Origin: an uncultured delta proteobacterium
Lineage (GTDB): Bacteria > Desulfobacterota > Zymogenia > Zymogenales > Zymogenaceae
NCBI GenBank assembly: GCA_963792965.1
Contig: CAWBYW010000007.1
Span: 448,001 to 512,000, forward strand
Length of the DNA: 64,000 nt
Direction of reading: 5' to 3'
Shown piece after piece: positions 20,365-30,666 of this stretch. Position 1 is the first letter of the stretch; every line of letters starts with the position of its first letter. The notes below the pieces were generated by a model that saw only the letters and a program-made list of their open reading frames with translations, had not been told where the DNA came from and searched no databases. The translations under genes were made by a program, and so were the position numbers.

Positions 20365-23037
20365 TTATCCCTGCGTCCGAAAGAACCCTTCAAGACGCTC
20401 CATGCTGCCGGCCACTTTTTCTTTCTTGGAGACAAGCTCCGCCAACCGCTCCTTCTCCTTGGCCACGACTTCTTTGGGGGCCTTGGAGACGAACTGTTCG
20501 TTGGAGAGCTTCTTGTTGACCTTTGAGAGCTCGTCATCCACTTTCTCAATCTCGGAGGTAAGCCGTTCTTTTCTCTTCCTCGAAATCGATGACCCCTGCA
20601 ACCGGGATATAGACGGTGAAGGGGCCGCACATGGCCGTCGCCGACGCCGCGGGCTGCGCAAGCGACCGGCCCAGATCTATGGTCTCGATGCCGGCAAGCG
20701 TCTTGATGTAGTCGACGTTATCCCGGATCATTTCGAGGTTTTTCTGCTGCGAGGAGACGAGCGCGGACAGCTTCTTCTTCGGGTGGATGTTCATCTCCCC
20801 ACGGACGTTCCTGATGCCGGCCACCAGCGTCTTGATCAGTTCGAACGAGCGCTCGGCCTCGGGGAAGATGAGCGTATCGTCCCTGACCGGGAACGGACCC
20901 TTCATGAGGCTGCCCGATGCCCCCGGAATCCTGCTGTGCAGCTCCTCGGTGACAAAGGGGATAATCGGGAAGAGCAGCCTGAGAAGGCGATCGAACGTGT
21001 AGACAAGCACGTCCCTGACGCGCTTTTTTCCGGCCTCATCAGTGGAGGTCAGATATATTTTCGAGACTTCGAGGTACCAGTCACAGAATTCGTGCCAGAC
21101 GAACTGGTAGAGGGTCCCTGCGGCGTTGTTGAACTCGTATCGATCCAGGTCCTCCGTCACCTCGCCCGTCACCGTCTCCAGGCGGCTGAGGATCCATTTA
21201 TCGGCAAGGGAGAAATCCCGACCGGCAAGATCGAGATCGGGGACGTACCCCTCGCCGAGGTTCATCGCGATGAAACGGGACGCGTTCCAGATCTTATTGA
21301 TGAAGAAGCGGTACCCCTCGATCCTCTCCTCGGAGAGCTTGACGTCCCTCCCCATGGCGGCAAACGCCGCCAGCGTGAACCGGAAGGCGTCGGCCCCGTA
21401 TTTGTCGATGATGGTCAGGGGATCGATGACGTTACCCTTGGACTTGCTCATCTTGGACCCCCGCTCGTCCCGCACCAGCGCGTGGATGTAGACGTCCCTG
21501 AACGGGACGTCCTTCATGAAGTAAAGGCCCATCATCATCATCCGCGCGACCCAGAAAAAGAGGATATCGAACCCGGTGACGAGGACAGAGGTAGGGTAGT
21601 AGACCGCAAGGTCCTTGGTCTTATCCGGCCAGCCGAGGGTGGAAAAGGGCCACAGCCCGCTCGAGAACCAGGTATCGAGCACGTCCGTCTCCTGCCTGAG
21701 GTGCCCGCCCTTGCATTTCGTGCACGCCGTGGGCTCCTCGAGCGAGACGATAATCTCGCCGCAGTCGTCGCAGTACCAGGCGGGGATCCGGTGGCCCCAC
21801 CAGATCTGCCGGGAGATGCACCAGTCCCGGATGTTGTACATCCACTCGAAGTAGGTCTTCTCCCATTGCGCGGGGACGATCCGGGTCCGTCCTTCCTTCA
21901 CGGCCTTGATTGCCTCTTTTGCCAGGGGCTCGGTCTTCACGAACCACTGCTTCTTGAGGATCGGCTCGACGATCGTGTGGCAACGATAACAGGTCCCCAC
22001 GGGGACGGGATAGTTTTCAAGCTTCTCCAAGCAGCCCCGCCGCCTTGAGGTCGGCCACGACCTTATCCCGCGCGGCAAAGCGGTCCATCCCGACGTACGG
22101 CCCCGCGTTTTCGTTCATAGTGCCGTCGTCGGCGATCACGAGCACCCGCTCCAGCTTGTGCTGGTTTCCGATGGCAAAGTCGTTGAGGTCATGCGCGGGC
22201 GTGACTTTCAGCGCCCCGGTGCCGAATTCGGTGCTCACGTATGAATCGAAGATGATGGGAATCTCCCGCTCGATGATCGGGAGAAGCGCCTTTTTCCCCT
22301 TCAGGTGCGTATAGCGCTTGTCCTTGGGGTTTACCGCCACGGCCGTGTCACCGAACATCGTTTCCGGCCTCGTGGTGGCAACCACGATGTATTTGCCTTC
22401 CTGCCCGATGATCGGGTACCTGATGTGATAGAGGTAGCCGCCCCGGTCCTCGTGCTCCACCTCGAGGTCGGCCAGCGCCGTGTTGCAACGGGGACACCAG
22501 TTGATGATATAATCGCCCCGGTAGATGAGGCCGTCGTTATAGAGGGTCACGAAGACGAGCCTGACCGCGCGGGAGAGGCCCTCGTCCATCGTGAAGCGCT
22601 CTCGGCTCCAGTCGCAGGAGGCGCCGAGCTTCTTGAGCTGGTTAATGATCAGACCGCCGTATTTTGCACGCCATTCCCAGACCCGCTCTACGAAGGCCTC
22701 TCGTCCGAGATCGTGCCGTGTCTTTCCCTCCTTGGCGAGCTCCTTTTCCACGACGTTCTGCGTGGCGATGCCCGCGTGGTCGGTCCCCGGCATCCAGAGG
22801 GTGTTTCTCCCCTGCATCCGCCTGTACCTGATCAGGATATCCTGCAACGTATTGTTGAGGGCGTGCCCCATGTGAAGGGTCCCCGTGACGTTCGGCGGGG
22901 GGATGACGATAGAGTACGGCTCGGCTGTCCGAGGAATTATCGGCTCGAAAGAGTCCCTCTTTTTCCCAGAATTCGTACCATCTGTCTTCGATCTGTGCAG
23001 GATTGTAGCCCTTGTCTTCCACGCTCTCTTTCCCCAT
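20365..23037 (-). CDS. valS: Valyl-tRNA synthetase; three apparent frameshifts (~22930, ~22040, ~20575)
   Basis: [49 protein letters not shown]-terminal coiled coil spread over four ORF pieces. Confidence 0.95.
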
Positions 23038-23293
23038 TGCAATAAAACCGATAAAAAATGAGGGGATAGCACATCCCCCAATTAGTCCAGAATAAAACCC
23101 CGGGAATATCACGCAATATCCCCCGGGCCCGCTTGGAAACGCTCAACCGTTGGCGCGCGGAACCGAACTATAGTGCTATCGTGAGCCGTCTCGAGTGTGC
23201 GATGGATTCCATCCGCGCAATTCACCCGGCTTTCCGTTACGAGTGTGCCGCGCGCCGATGGCACGCGGTCTGTCGCTTGCCGTAAGATACAAG

Positions 23294-24856
23294 TTACGCC
23301 TTTTCACCCTTGAGGCGCTTGATTTCCTGTTTGATAAGCTCTTCGGCCAGCTCCGGCACCACTTCCCACACCACCTTCTCAATCACCTCCCGCGCGATCT
23401 TGTCGACCGCACTGGAGAGATCCTTCTGATTGAGGGAAAGCGCGCCCTCTTCTTTCGGTGCGGAATCGAAGACGGCTTCTGCTCTGCCGCCGCCTGTCTC
23501 CTGTGCTTCCTCGAATGTGAAGTCCTCCGAGTCGAGGAATTCTCCTCTGCCGCCGTCTCTCTCGACCGAGCCCTTGAAGGAGCCCGCGGCGACCTCGGAT
23601 TCTCTTGCCTTCGGCCGGTCATCAAAATCGCCGAAGTCCGCCGAGGGCTCACCCAGATCGGCCAGTTCCTCTTCCGACGTCCTGCGAATCAGCTTATCAA
23701 AGTCGCTGTCCGCCTTCTCCGCCGCGGGTGCTTTCGCCCTTTCCGGAGCAGGTCCTTCGTCCCACTCCAGGTCTACGGGTTTATCGATGGCCTCGTCCTC
23801 GATAAAGATCTCTTCGTCTTCTTCCCCGATCTCTTCAAAGTTTTCCCGTGGAGACTCCTCAAAGTCCTCCACGAGGAATTCTTCCTCACGCCTGTCGGCG
23901 GCCTTCGTCTTTGCCCTGGGGGCCGGCGCCTCTTCGGAAGCGAACAGGGTTTCATCCGCTTCTTCGGAGAGCGGACGGTCGGCCTCCGCTATCTCCTCCC
24001 TCACCGCCGGCTCGGTCTCCTCCTCTTCCTCGAGGAATTTTTCCAGCTCATCTTCACTGATCTCCTCGCCGAGCTCAAACCCCTCCGATTCCGTTTCGTG
24101 GGCGGTTTCTCCGGCAAAAAACTCTTCGGAGGCGCCGCTTTCTTTTCCGACCTTCTCCTTCGGACCTTTCTGGGCCGGTCGGCGATCTTCTTCCCAGACG
24201 TCGGGGGCAGGCGCAGGTTTCGCGGCCGGTTTTACGGATGGCTTTGTCCCGGCGATATCCTCGAATTCCTCTACGGACCATATATCTTCCGTATCTTCCG
24301 CCTTCGGCTCCGGCTTCTTTGGCTCCGTCACCTCCTCTTCCCAGGAGGTTTCGAGGTCCGCCCCGATGACCGGCGCCCCCTTGCGGGGCGTCCCTGCGCC
24401 GCCCTTCTCGGCATATCCCGCCTCTATCGGGGTCTCAAAGCCGATATCGACTTCGCTGATATCCATCGGTTTTTCCCGCGCGACCCCCTTCTTTGAGGCC
24501 ATCTCCCTGACCTTGTTGATCAAGGTATGGGACTCGAACGGTTTCTTTATGAAGTCGTCCGCTCCCACCTCCGCCGCCCGATCGGCATCGAACGGCTCGA
24601 AGGTTCCCGTCAACAGGATGACCGGCGTGTTCTTTAGGTCGGCCGTCCCCTTGATTTCCTGGCAGACCTGATAACCGTCTTTATCCGGCATTACGACGTC
24701 AAGCAGGATCACGTCCGGCCTGATCTCTTTTGCCTTCGCGAGGGCCTTGGTGCCGTTGTCGACGATAACCAGATCGAAATCCTCGTGGGCAAGGGTAATA
24801 CTGACGACCTTCTGGATCGTGACACTGTCGTCCGCGAGAAGGATTTTCTTTGCCAT
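23294..24856 (-). CDS. romR: RomR-like response regulator (receiver + long acidic linker + conserved C-terminal helix)
   Basis: ILLADDSVTIQKVV receiver; C-terminal AREVIEKVVWEVVPELAEELIKQEI resembles the RomR C-terminus; adjacent to valS. Confidence 0.72.
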   Translation of the reverse strand: MAKKILLADDSVTIQKVVSITLAHEDFDLVIVDNGTKALAKAKEIRPDVILLDVVMPDKDGYQVCQEIKGTADLKNTPVILLTGTFEPFDADRAAEVGADDFIKKPFESHTLINKVREMASKKGVAREKPMDISEVDIGFETPIEAGYAEKGGAGTPRKGAPVIGADLETSWEEEVTEPKKPEPKAEDTEDIWSVEEFEDIAGTKPSVKPAAKPAPAPDVWEEDRRPAQKGPKEKVGKESGASEEFFAGETAHETESEGFELGEEISEDELEKFLEEEEETEPAVREEIAEADRPLSEEADETLFASEEAPAPRAKTKAADRREEEFLVEDFEESPRENFEEIGEEDEEIFIEDEAIDKPVDLEWDEGPAPERAKAPAAEKADSDFDKLIRRTSEEELADLGEPSADFGDFDDRPKARESEVAAGSFKGSVERDGGRGEFLDSEDFTFEEAQETGGGRAEAVFDSAPKEEGALSLNQKDLSSAVDKIAREVIEKVVWEVVPELAEELIKQEIKRLKGEKA

Positions 24857-24880
24857 ATCCTACAACCTTAAAAAGGTTAC

Positions 24881-25315
24881 TTATGAGGCGGGGACCAGTG
24901 CGCGTACGTTCAGAATTATGAAATTCTTGTTGTTGAGCGTCCCCCGAGCCTTAAAGAAATCTTTCACGACCCCTTTGAATTCGAGGGGAATCGGCGTGGG
25001 TTCTTTTTCGAGCTGAACGACCTCATAGTTTCCGTCGATCGAGAACCCGATCAAATCAGACCCGACCCGAACCAAGACGGCGATATCACTGTTTCTCTGA
25101 CCGGCGAGTCCCAGCCTCTTCTTCAGATTGACAAACGGAACCGGCTTATTCTCATGGATGATGAAGCCCCAAAAAAAGTCAGAGAGAAGTGGCACCGGAT
25201 ATACCCGCTCGATGGGAATGACCTTGACGACATCCGTAATCGGCACACCGAACGTCCTCTTTTCGAGGGCAAAGAGAAAGTACTGCTTTTCTATCTTACC
25301 GTCAAGAAGTCCCAT
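24881..25315 (-). CDS. CheW-like protein
   Basis: YFLFAL...FGVPITDVVKVI, PVP, PFVNLKKRLG, IILNV. Confidence 0.75.
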   Translation of the reverse strand: MGLLDGKIEKQYFLFALEKRTFGVPITDVVKVIPIERVYPVPLLSDFFWGFIIHENKPVPFVNLKKRLGLAGQRNSDIAVLVRVGSDLIGFSIDGNYEVVQLEKEPTPIPLEFKGVVKDFFKARGTLNNKNFIILNVRALVPAS

Positions 25316-25401
25316 CCGGATACCGCCCCGATTTGGAAAAAGACCAAGAGATCAATTTCAACCTTACTCCCTTTTGGGGCGTTCCCTCTTCCCGTTGTCT
25401 C

Positions 25402-25884
25402 TCACCGGGCTGTCTTTGCCGCATCCATCAGCTTGATGACATTCAACAGGAGGATAAAATCCTGTGCCTTCATCAACAGGCCCTGATAGACCTCGGTATG
25501 CTTATTCCGCGCGGCCTCGGGAAAGGGGAAAAAGGTCAACTCGCTCTCTGGATGTACCCCCTCGATTCGATCGACGACAATACCCAGTGTCACGGGTTCG
25601 TCCCCGCCGGTGCCGTTTCGCTTAAGGAGAATGAGGCTCCGAATGCCGGGGTACTGGCGAGGCGCCGGCATCCCGAAGTAACTCTCAAAATTGAGGACCG
25701 GGACCTTCTTGCCCCTCAGCTCGATCGAGCCGACGATGTATTCTTTATCCGAGCCACGCGTAATATCGGAAAGCTGAATGATCTCGGCCATGTTCTCGAC
25801 CGCGATCGCAAACAGCATATCCCCGATCGAAAAAACGGTAATGAGCTTTCTCTCGGTCTGCAGACCCCGTCCGCTTTCAAACAC
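25402..25884 (-). CDS. CheW-like protein
   Basis: FAIAVENMAEII, GSIELRGKKVPVLN, GIVVDRIEGV, ILLLNV. Confidence 0.78.
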   Translation of the reverse strand: MFESGRGLQTERKLITVFSIGDMLFAIAVENMAEIIQLSDITRGSDKEYIVGSIELRGKKVPVLNFESYFGMPAPRQYPGIRSLILLKRNGTGGDEPVTLGIVVDRIEGVHPESELTFFPFPEAARNKHTEVYQGLLMKAQDFILLLNVIKLMDAAKTAR

Positions 25885-25981
25885 TCCCGGCCACCACGGT
25901 TCCCCTCGACGCCGACGCGCACGCTCGGTCGATGATCCCTCTTGCCAATTTGCCGCTTGAACCCTGATAACTTATTGTTGA

Positions 25982-26010
25982 AAACTATCATAATTGCCCG
26001 AAAGTGTCAA
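25982..26010 (-). promoter_or_regulatory. Putative sigma70 promoter for the cheW-cheW-romR operon
   Basis: Minus strand TTGACA-N17-TAGTTT. Confidence 0.5.
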
Positions 26011-26169
26011 GTTTTTATTGGCTGGGAGAAAAAGCACTGAATATACAACATCACGAAATCATAAGGAATTTTACTTTTGCCTCCTGCGCCGTCTCGACGA
26101 GGAGCATCGCTGGGCGTGAATCAAAGAAGTGGTGAATTCCTATCCATCGAGATTTCTTTTTCCCGTGCA

Positions 26170-26198
26170 TTGACAGACCGCGGTGGTCGATATATAGT
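26170..26198 (+). promoter_or_regulatory. Putative sigma70 promoter for the MBL hydrolase
   Basis: TTGACA-N17-TATAGT, about 25 nt before the start codon. Confidence 0.6.
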
Positions 26199-26222
26199 AA
26201 AAGGAAAAGAGTGAGGAACGCT

Positions 26223-26850
26223 ATGACAAGTATCATGGAAAGGCTTCACTGGCTCGGCCAATCCTGTTTCGTTGTCGAGGGCAACCCGCGCATCTATTTC
26301 GACCCGTTTGACATCACCGCAACCAAACCTGCGGACATCATCCTGGTCTCCCATACCCATCGTGATCACTACTCCCCACCCGACATCAAGAGAATCGCGA
26401 CGAAGGACACGACCCTCGTTATCACCGCCGACGCTCAAGCCCGATTTTCCACCGACTATCATCACCGTCGGGCCGGGCGAAAAGAAAGTAATCAAAGGGG
26501 TGACGATCGAGACGGTGCGGGCCTACAACAATGAAAAACCGTTCCACCCGAAAGCAAACAATTGGGTCGGCTTTATCGTCACCATCGACGGTGGAAAGAT
26601 CTACCACGCGGGCGATACCGACTTCATCACGGAGATGAAGAGCTTGACCGCCGACGTCGGTCTCCTCCCGATCGGAGGAACCTACACGATGGAGGCCCCC
26701 GAGGCCGCCCAGGCGGTAAAAGCGATGAAGCTCACCACGGCCGTCCCCATGCACTGGGGAAAAGTCGTCGGGAGCAGGGACGATGCCGATGCCTTCAAGC
26801 GGCTCGTGGGAGACGCGGCCGACGTGGTCATCCTGGATAAGGAGGGATAA
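26223..26850 (+). CDS. MBL-fold metallo-hydrolase; frameshift near 26445
   Basis: WLGQSCF, YFDP, SHTHRDHY, then YHAGDT, PIGG, PMHW. Confidence 0.85.
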
Positions 26851-26902
26851 GGTGTCTGTGCCTCGGTTCAGGCCAAAGATGCGGCGCTGGATCCCTACTA
26901 CT

Positions 26903-27757
26903 TCAAGTTCTGAGCTTGCCTGTCGTGACGGCCGCCACCGCGTCGGAGAGCCGGCCAAACTCCTCAAGCGACAACGTCTCACCCCGACGCCCGAGATCGA
27001 TCCCCGTCACTTTCCCGACCGACTCCACACACCCCGCAAGCTCCGGGCCGAGCAGCGGCTTCAGGGCGTTCCTGAGGGTCTTTCTCCGGCCGGCGAAGGC
27101 CGCCCTGATGACTTGCAATAAGGTCTCGATATCCTCCACGTTCACCCGGGGTCGCTCGGCGACCGAAAAAACGACAACTGCTGAGTCGACCTTGGGCCGC
27201 GGATAGAAGTTCCCCCTCCCGACAAAGAAACCGATGCTGATATCACAGAAGAGCGACGCCGTTACGGTGAGCGCGCCGTATGTTTTTGTGCCGGGAGACG
27301 CGGTGAGCCGGAGGGCCACCTCCCTCTGGAGCATCAGGACGATCTTCTTGACCACCTCATGCGCGTCGAGGAGCCGAAAGAGTATCGGGGTCGAGATGTT
27401 GTATGGAAGGTTGGCGACAACCGTGAATTTTTCGCCGACGGCCTCACCTAAGGCCCGGTAGTCGTATTTCAGGGCGTCTCCGAAGACGACCTCGAGCTTC
27501 GGCGAATCGACCGTATCGCGCACCAGATCGGAAAGCTTCCGGTCGGATTCGACGGCGACAACCCGTTTTGCCCTCTTAACCAGATGGCCGGTCAGCGCCC
27601 CGGTCCCCGGCCCGATCTCGAGCACCACGTCGTCTTCCGTGATCCCGGAAACATCAACGATCCTCTTCGCAATATCCTCATTGATCAGAAAATGCTGACC
27701 CCTTCCCTTATACGGGAAGATACCGCGGGAAGCGAGCGTCTCTTTCGAGGGGGTCAT
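26903..27757 (-). CDS. rsmA: 16S rRNA adenine dimethyltransferase
   Basis: GQHFL, EIGPGTG, ANLPYNIST, PKVDSAV, RRKTLRN. Confidence 0.96.
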   Translation of the reverse strand: MTPSKETLASRGIFPYKGRGQHFLINEDIAKRIVDVSGITEDDVVLEIGPGTGALTGHLVKRAKRVVAVESDRKLSDLVRDTVDSPKLEVVFGDALKYDYRALGEAVGEKFTVVANLPYNISTPILFRLLDAHEVVKKIVLMLQREVALRLTASPGTKTYGALTVTASLFCDISIGFFVGRGNFYPRPKVDSAVVVFSVAERPRVNVEDIETLLQVIRAAFAGRRKTLRNALKPLLGPELAGCVESVGKVTGIDLGRRGETLSLEEFGRLSDAVAAVTTGKLRT

Positions 27758-28284
27758 CGTTTTCTTCTGGCGTGCCGCGCCTTAAAGAAGCGGGCGGCAG
27801 CAAAGGAAATCGGAAAGGCGACGACGGCGGCAAACAGACCCACGACCAGAAAGCCGACGATGATGGAAAGAAAAGCCTTTTCGCCGAGCGAAAAAAGACC
27901 GACGGGATTCCTCCAGACGTGCTCGGGGAGTTTCAGGTGCAGGCCGAGAACATATGACCCGACCTTCAGTTCGAATATATATAAAAACGCCATCGTGAAG
28001 GGATTGTTGACGAGAGTCCCCAGAACCGCCGCAAGCCGGCTTACCCGGAAGATCAGGGCGAGCGTGAGGGCGGCAATGGTATGGAACCCGAGGAACGGAG
28101 AGCATGCAAGATAGACCCCGATAGCAACGCCAAAGGCGATCTGCTGGGGGGAGTCGTCGGAGAGCAAGACGCGCCGGATGAGCTCCCGCACGCTCTTTCG
28201 CTTCTTGATACTACTTCCGTTTTTTTCGTCGGACGCCTTCGTGCCGCCTGACCGGGTTTGCCCGTCCTGCTTCAGATCATCCAT
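27754..28284 (-). CDS. DUF2062 membrane protein
   Basis: SPQQIAFGVAIG, PFLGFHT, VNNPFT. Confidence 0.82.
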   Translation of the reverse strand: MDDLKQDGQTRSGGTKASDEKNGSSIKKRKSVRELIRRVLLSDDSPQQIAFGVAIGVYLACSPFLGFHTIAALTLALIFRVSRLAAVLGTLVNNPFTMAFLYIFELKVGSYVLGLHLKLPEHVWRNPVGLFSLGEKAFLSIIVGFLVVGLFAAVVAFPISFAAARFFKARHARRKR

Positions 28285-29270
28285 CTGGATACCGCGTTCA
28301 TATCAAGGTTATGTGTCGTTGCCTCGGCTGCCCGGATCTTTCCTACCGCCGCGATCATGGCGGCGTTGTCGGTGCAGAGGTGTTTCGGAGGGATTATCGC
28401 GACAATATCACGCGTTGCCGCACGCCGGCTCATTTCGTCCCTCAGCCTCCCGTTTGCCGCCACCCCGCCCACGACGACAACGGTGCGAATAGACTCACGG
28501 ACGGCAAGCTCGACGGTCTTGTCCACCAGGGCGCCGACAACCGCCTCCTGAAAACCCTTGGCGACCCTTCCCACGGTGGTCCCGTCCAGGAGCTGTCGGC
28601 CGGCCACAAAGTTGCGCACCGCCGTCTTGATGCCGGAAAAAGAGAAATCGGAGGTCCCCTTCTTGACGAAGGGACGGGTAAACTCGACGGGCGCCTCCCG
28701 GCATCCCTCGGCCGCCGCCTCGATGACCTTCCCGCCGGGATAACCGAGGCCGAGGAGCTTGGCGACCTTGTCGAAAGCCTCTCCGGCCGCATCATCAAGG
28801 GTTTGCCCCGCGAGGCGATATTCTCCCTCGCGCCGCACCACATAGAGGTTCGTGTGTCCTCCGGAAACGACCAGCACCACGAACGGATACGCGGGGGGGG
28901 CGGGCAAAAGGTAACTTGAGGCGATATGCCCCTCGAGGTGATTGACTCCGACCAGCGGAATCGTGCGCGCAAGGCTGATCGCCTTTGCGGCCGACAGCCC
29001 CACCACGAGCGAGCCCACGAGCCCCGGCCCCCGGGTCACGGCGATCAGGTTGATGTCGGAGAGAGTCAGCCCCGCCGACGTGAGCGCGGAGTCGACGATC
29101 GGAATGATATTCTCGACGTGCTTCCGTGAGGCCAGCTCCGGCACGACCCCGCCGAACCTTCCGTGCACCTCGTCCTGCGACGACACGACGGTCGAGAGGA
29201 CCTCGTATTCATCCTTCAAGACCGCCGCGCAGGTGTCGTCACACGACGTATCGATTCCCAAAATAAGCAT
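28272..29270 (-). CDS. tsaD: tRNA N6-adenosine threonylcarbamoyltransferase
   Basis: GIDTSCDDT, GGVVPELASR, NHLEGH, SGGHT, DDAAGEAFDK, TDNAAMIA. Confidence 0.97.
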   Translation of the reverse strand: MLILGIDTSCDDTCAAVLKDEYEVLSTVVSSQDEVHGRFGGVVPELASRKHVENIIPIVDSALTSAGLTLSDINLIAVTRGPGLVGSLVVGLSAAKAISLARTIPLVGVNHLEGHIASSYLLPAPPAYPFVVLVVSGGHTNLYVVRREGEYRLAGQTLDDAAGEAFDKVAKLLGLGYPGGKVIEAAAEGCREAPVEFTRPFVKKGTSDFSFSGIKTAVRNFVAGRQLLDGTTVGRVAKGFQEAVVGALVDKTVELAVRESIRTVVVVGGVAANGRLRDEMSRRAATRDIVAIIPPKHLCTDNAAMIAAVGKIRAAEATTHNLDMNAVSRWMI

Positions 29271-29358
29271 ATCGAAAAAATCTATTGAGGTTGTCGTCCG
29301 TTTCGATTAAACTGTTACCTTACACGGCTTTGAGCGATAAGTCAAGTGAGTACGCGCT

Positions 29359-30666
29359 GTGGATGAGACAAGCTTTCGAAAGATCCTGACCGTCAGCGAG
29401 CTGACACGGACAATTACCGAGCTCCTCGAAGAGGCCTTCCCGTTCGTCTGGGTCCAGGGCGAGATATCGGGGCTCGCCCTTCCGGGGTCAGGCCATATCT
29501 ACTTCACCCTGAAGGACGATGCCTCACAGATCCGGGTGGCCATGTTCAAAAACCAGGCTCGCACCCTCGGAATTTCTTCCCTCCGCCCTCTTAAAGTCGA
29601 AAAAGATACCCGCGAGCCGTCATTCTTTCAGGACAAGGCGGCGACATCCGAGGCAGGTGGCCGGCTCCTCCAGGACGGACGCCAGGTCCTGGTGCTCGGG
29701 AGGATCTCGGTTTACGCACCGCGGGGCGAATACCAGCTTATCGCCGACCATATAGAGCCGGTCGGCATCGGTGCAATGACCCTTGCCCTGGAGGAGCTGA
29801 AGAGAAAGCTCTCGGAAAAGGGGTATTTCGAGCCCGCACGCAAAAAACCGCTCCCTTTCCTTCCCCTCAGGATTGCGATCGTGACCTCCCCCACCGGCGC
29901 CGCCCTCTTTGACATGCTCAAGATCATCTACCAGCGGATGCCGAGGGCCCGCGTCCTGGTCGTTCCGGTACGGGTTCAGGGCGAGGAGGCCCCGCTCGAG
30001 ATCGCCCACGCCCTCGCACTTGTGGACCGGGAAAAGCTTGCCGATGTCGTGATTGTCGGGCGCGGGGGCGGCTCGATCGAGGACCTCTGGGCGTTTAATA
30101 CCGAAGTCGTGGCCGACGCCGTCTTCAGCTCCTCAATTCCCATAATCTCGGCCGTCGGTCACGAGATAGATTTTACCGTCGCCGACCTCGTCGCCGACGT
30201 CCGCGCGCCGACGCCCACGGCCGCGGCTCAGCTCGCCACTCCGCGCATCGATGACCTCCTCATGACACTCGATTCGGCCGCCGCCCGGATGCGCGCCCGC
30301 GCCCAAAATCTGATCTTCGCCAATAAGGAGCGCCTGGTCTCCCTGACCCGCCGCATAAGGTACCCCCGGCGGGAATTCGAACGTTTCAGGCTCAGGATCA
30401 CCGTCGTGTACTCCCGGCTGCGATCGGCCGCCAGCGCGGCCGTCGGCACACGGGACAATACTTTTTCTTCGCTGGCCCACGCCCTCGAGAGGCTTTCGCC
30501 CCGCGCGGTGCTCGCCCGCGGTTATGCCGTCGTCGAGCGCGCAGATGACGGGCACCTCATCAAGAGCACTTCCGACATAGGGATCGGCCGGTCCGCCCGG
30601 ATCAGGCTCTCTCGGGGGACGTTGCTGGCCCGCATCGATAAGAAGGAGACAGATGAAAGCTCGTAG
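29359..30666 (+). CDS. xseA: Exodeoxyribonuclease VII large subunit
   Basis: SGHIYFTLKD, RGGGSIEDLWAFN, VGHEID, APTPTAAA, LARGY. Confidence 0.95.
   Translation: MDETSFRKILTVSELTRTITELLEEAFPFVWVQGEISGLALPGSGHIYFTLKDDASQIRVAMFKNQARTLGISSLRPLKVEKDTREPSFFQDKAATSEAGGRLLQDGRQVLVLGRISVYAPRGEYQLIADHIEPVGIGAMTLALEELKRKLSEKGYFEPARKKPLPFLPLRIAIVTSPTGAALFDMLKIIYQRMPRARVLVVPVRVQGEEAPLEIAHALALVDREKLADVVIVGRGGGSIEDLWAFNTEVVADAVFSSSIPIISAVGHEIDFTVADLVADVRAPTPTAAAQLATPRIDDLLMTLDSAAARMRARAQNLIFANKERLVSLTRRIRYPRREFERFRLRITVVYSRLRSAASAAVGTRDNTFSSLAHALERLSPRAVLARGYAVVERADDGHLIKSTSDIGIGRSARIRLSRGTLLARIDKKETDESS

Noticed and set aside
19505-22048. 847-aa plus-strand ORF and similar long antisense ORFs (23195-24496, 38273-39730, 40323-41954, 42779-44062)
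   Set aside because: Shadow frames opposite well-supported genes in GC-rich DNA, with no recognisable motifs
23038-23293. T-box riboswitch upstream of valS
   Set aside because: No GGTGGNACCGCG T-box or specifier stem found; kept only as a generic structured spacer
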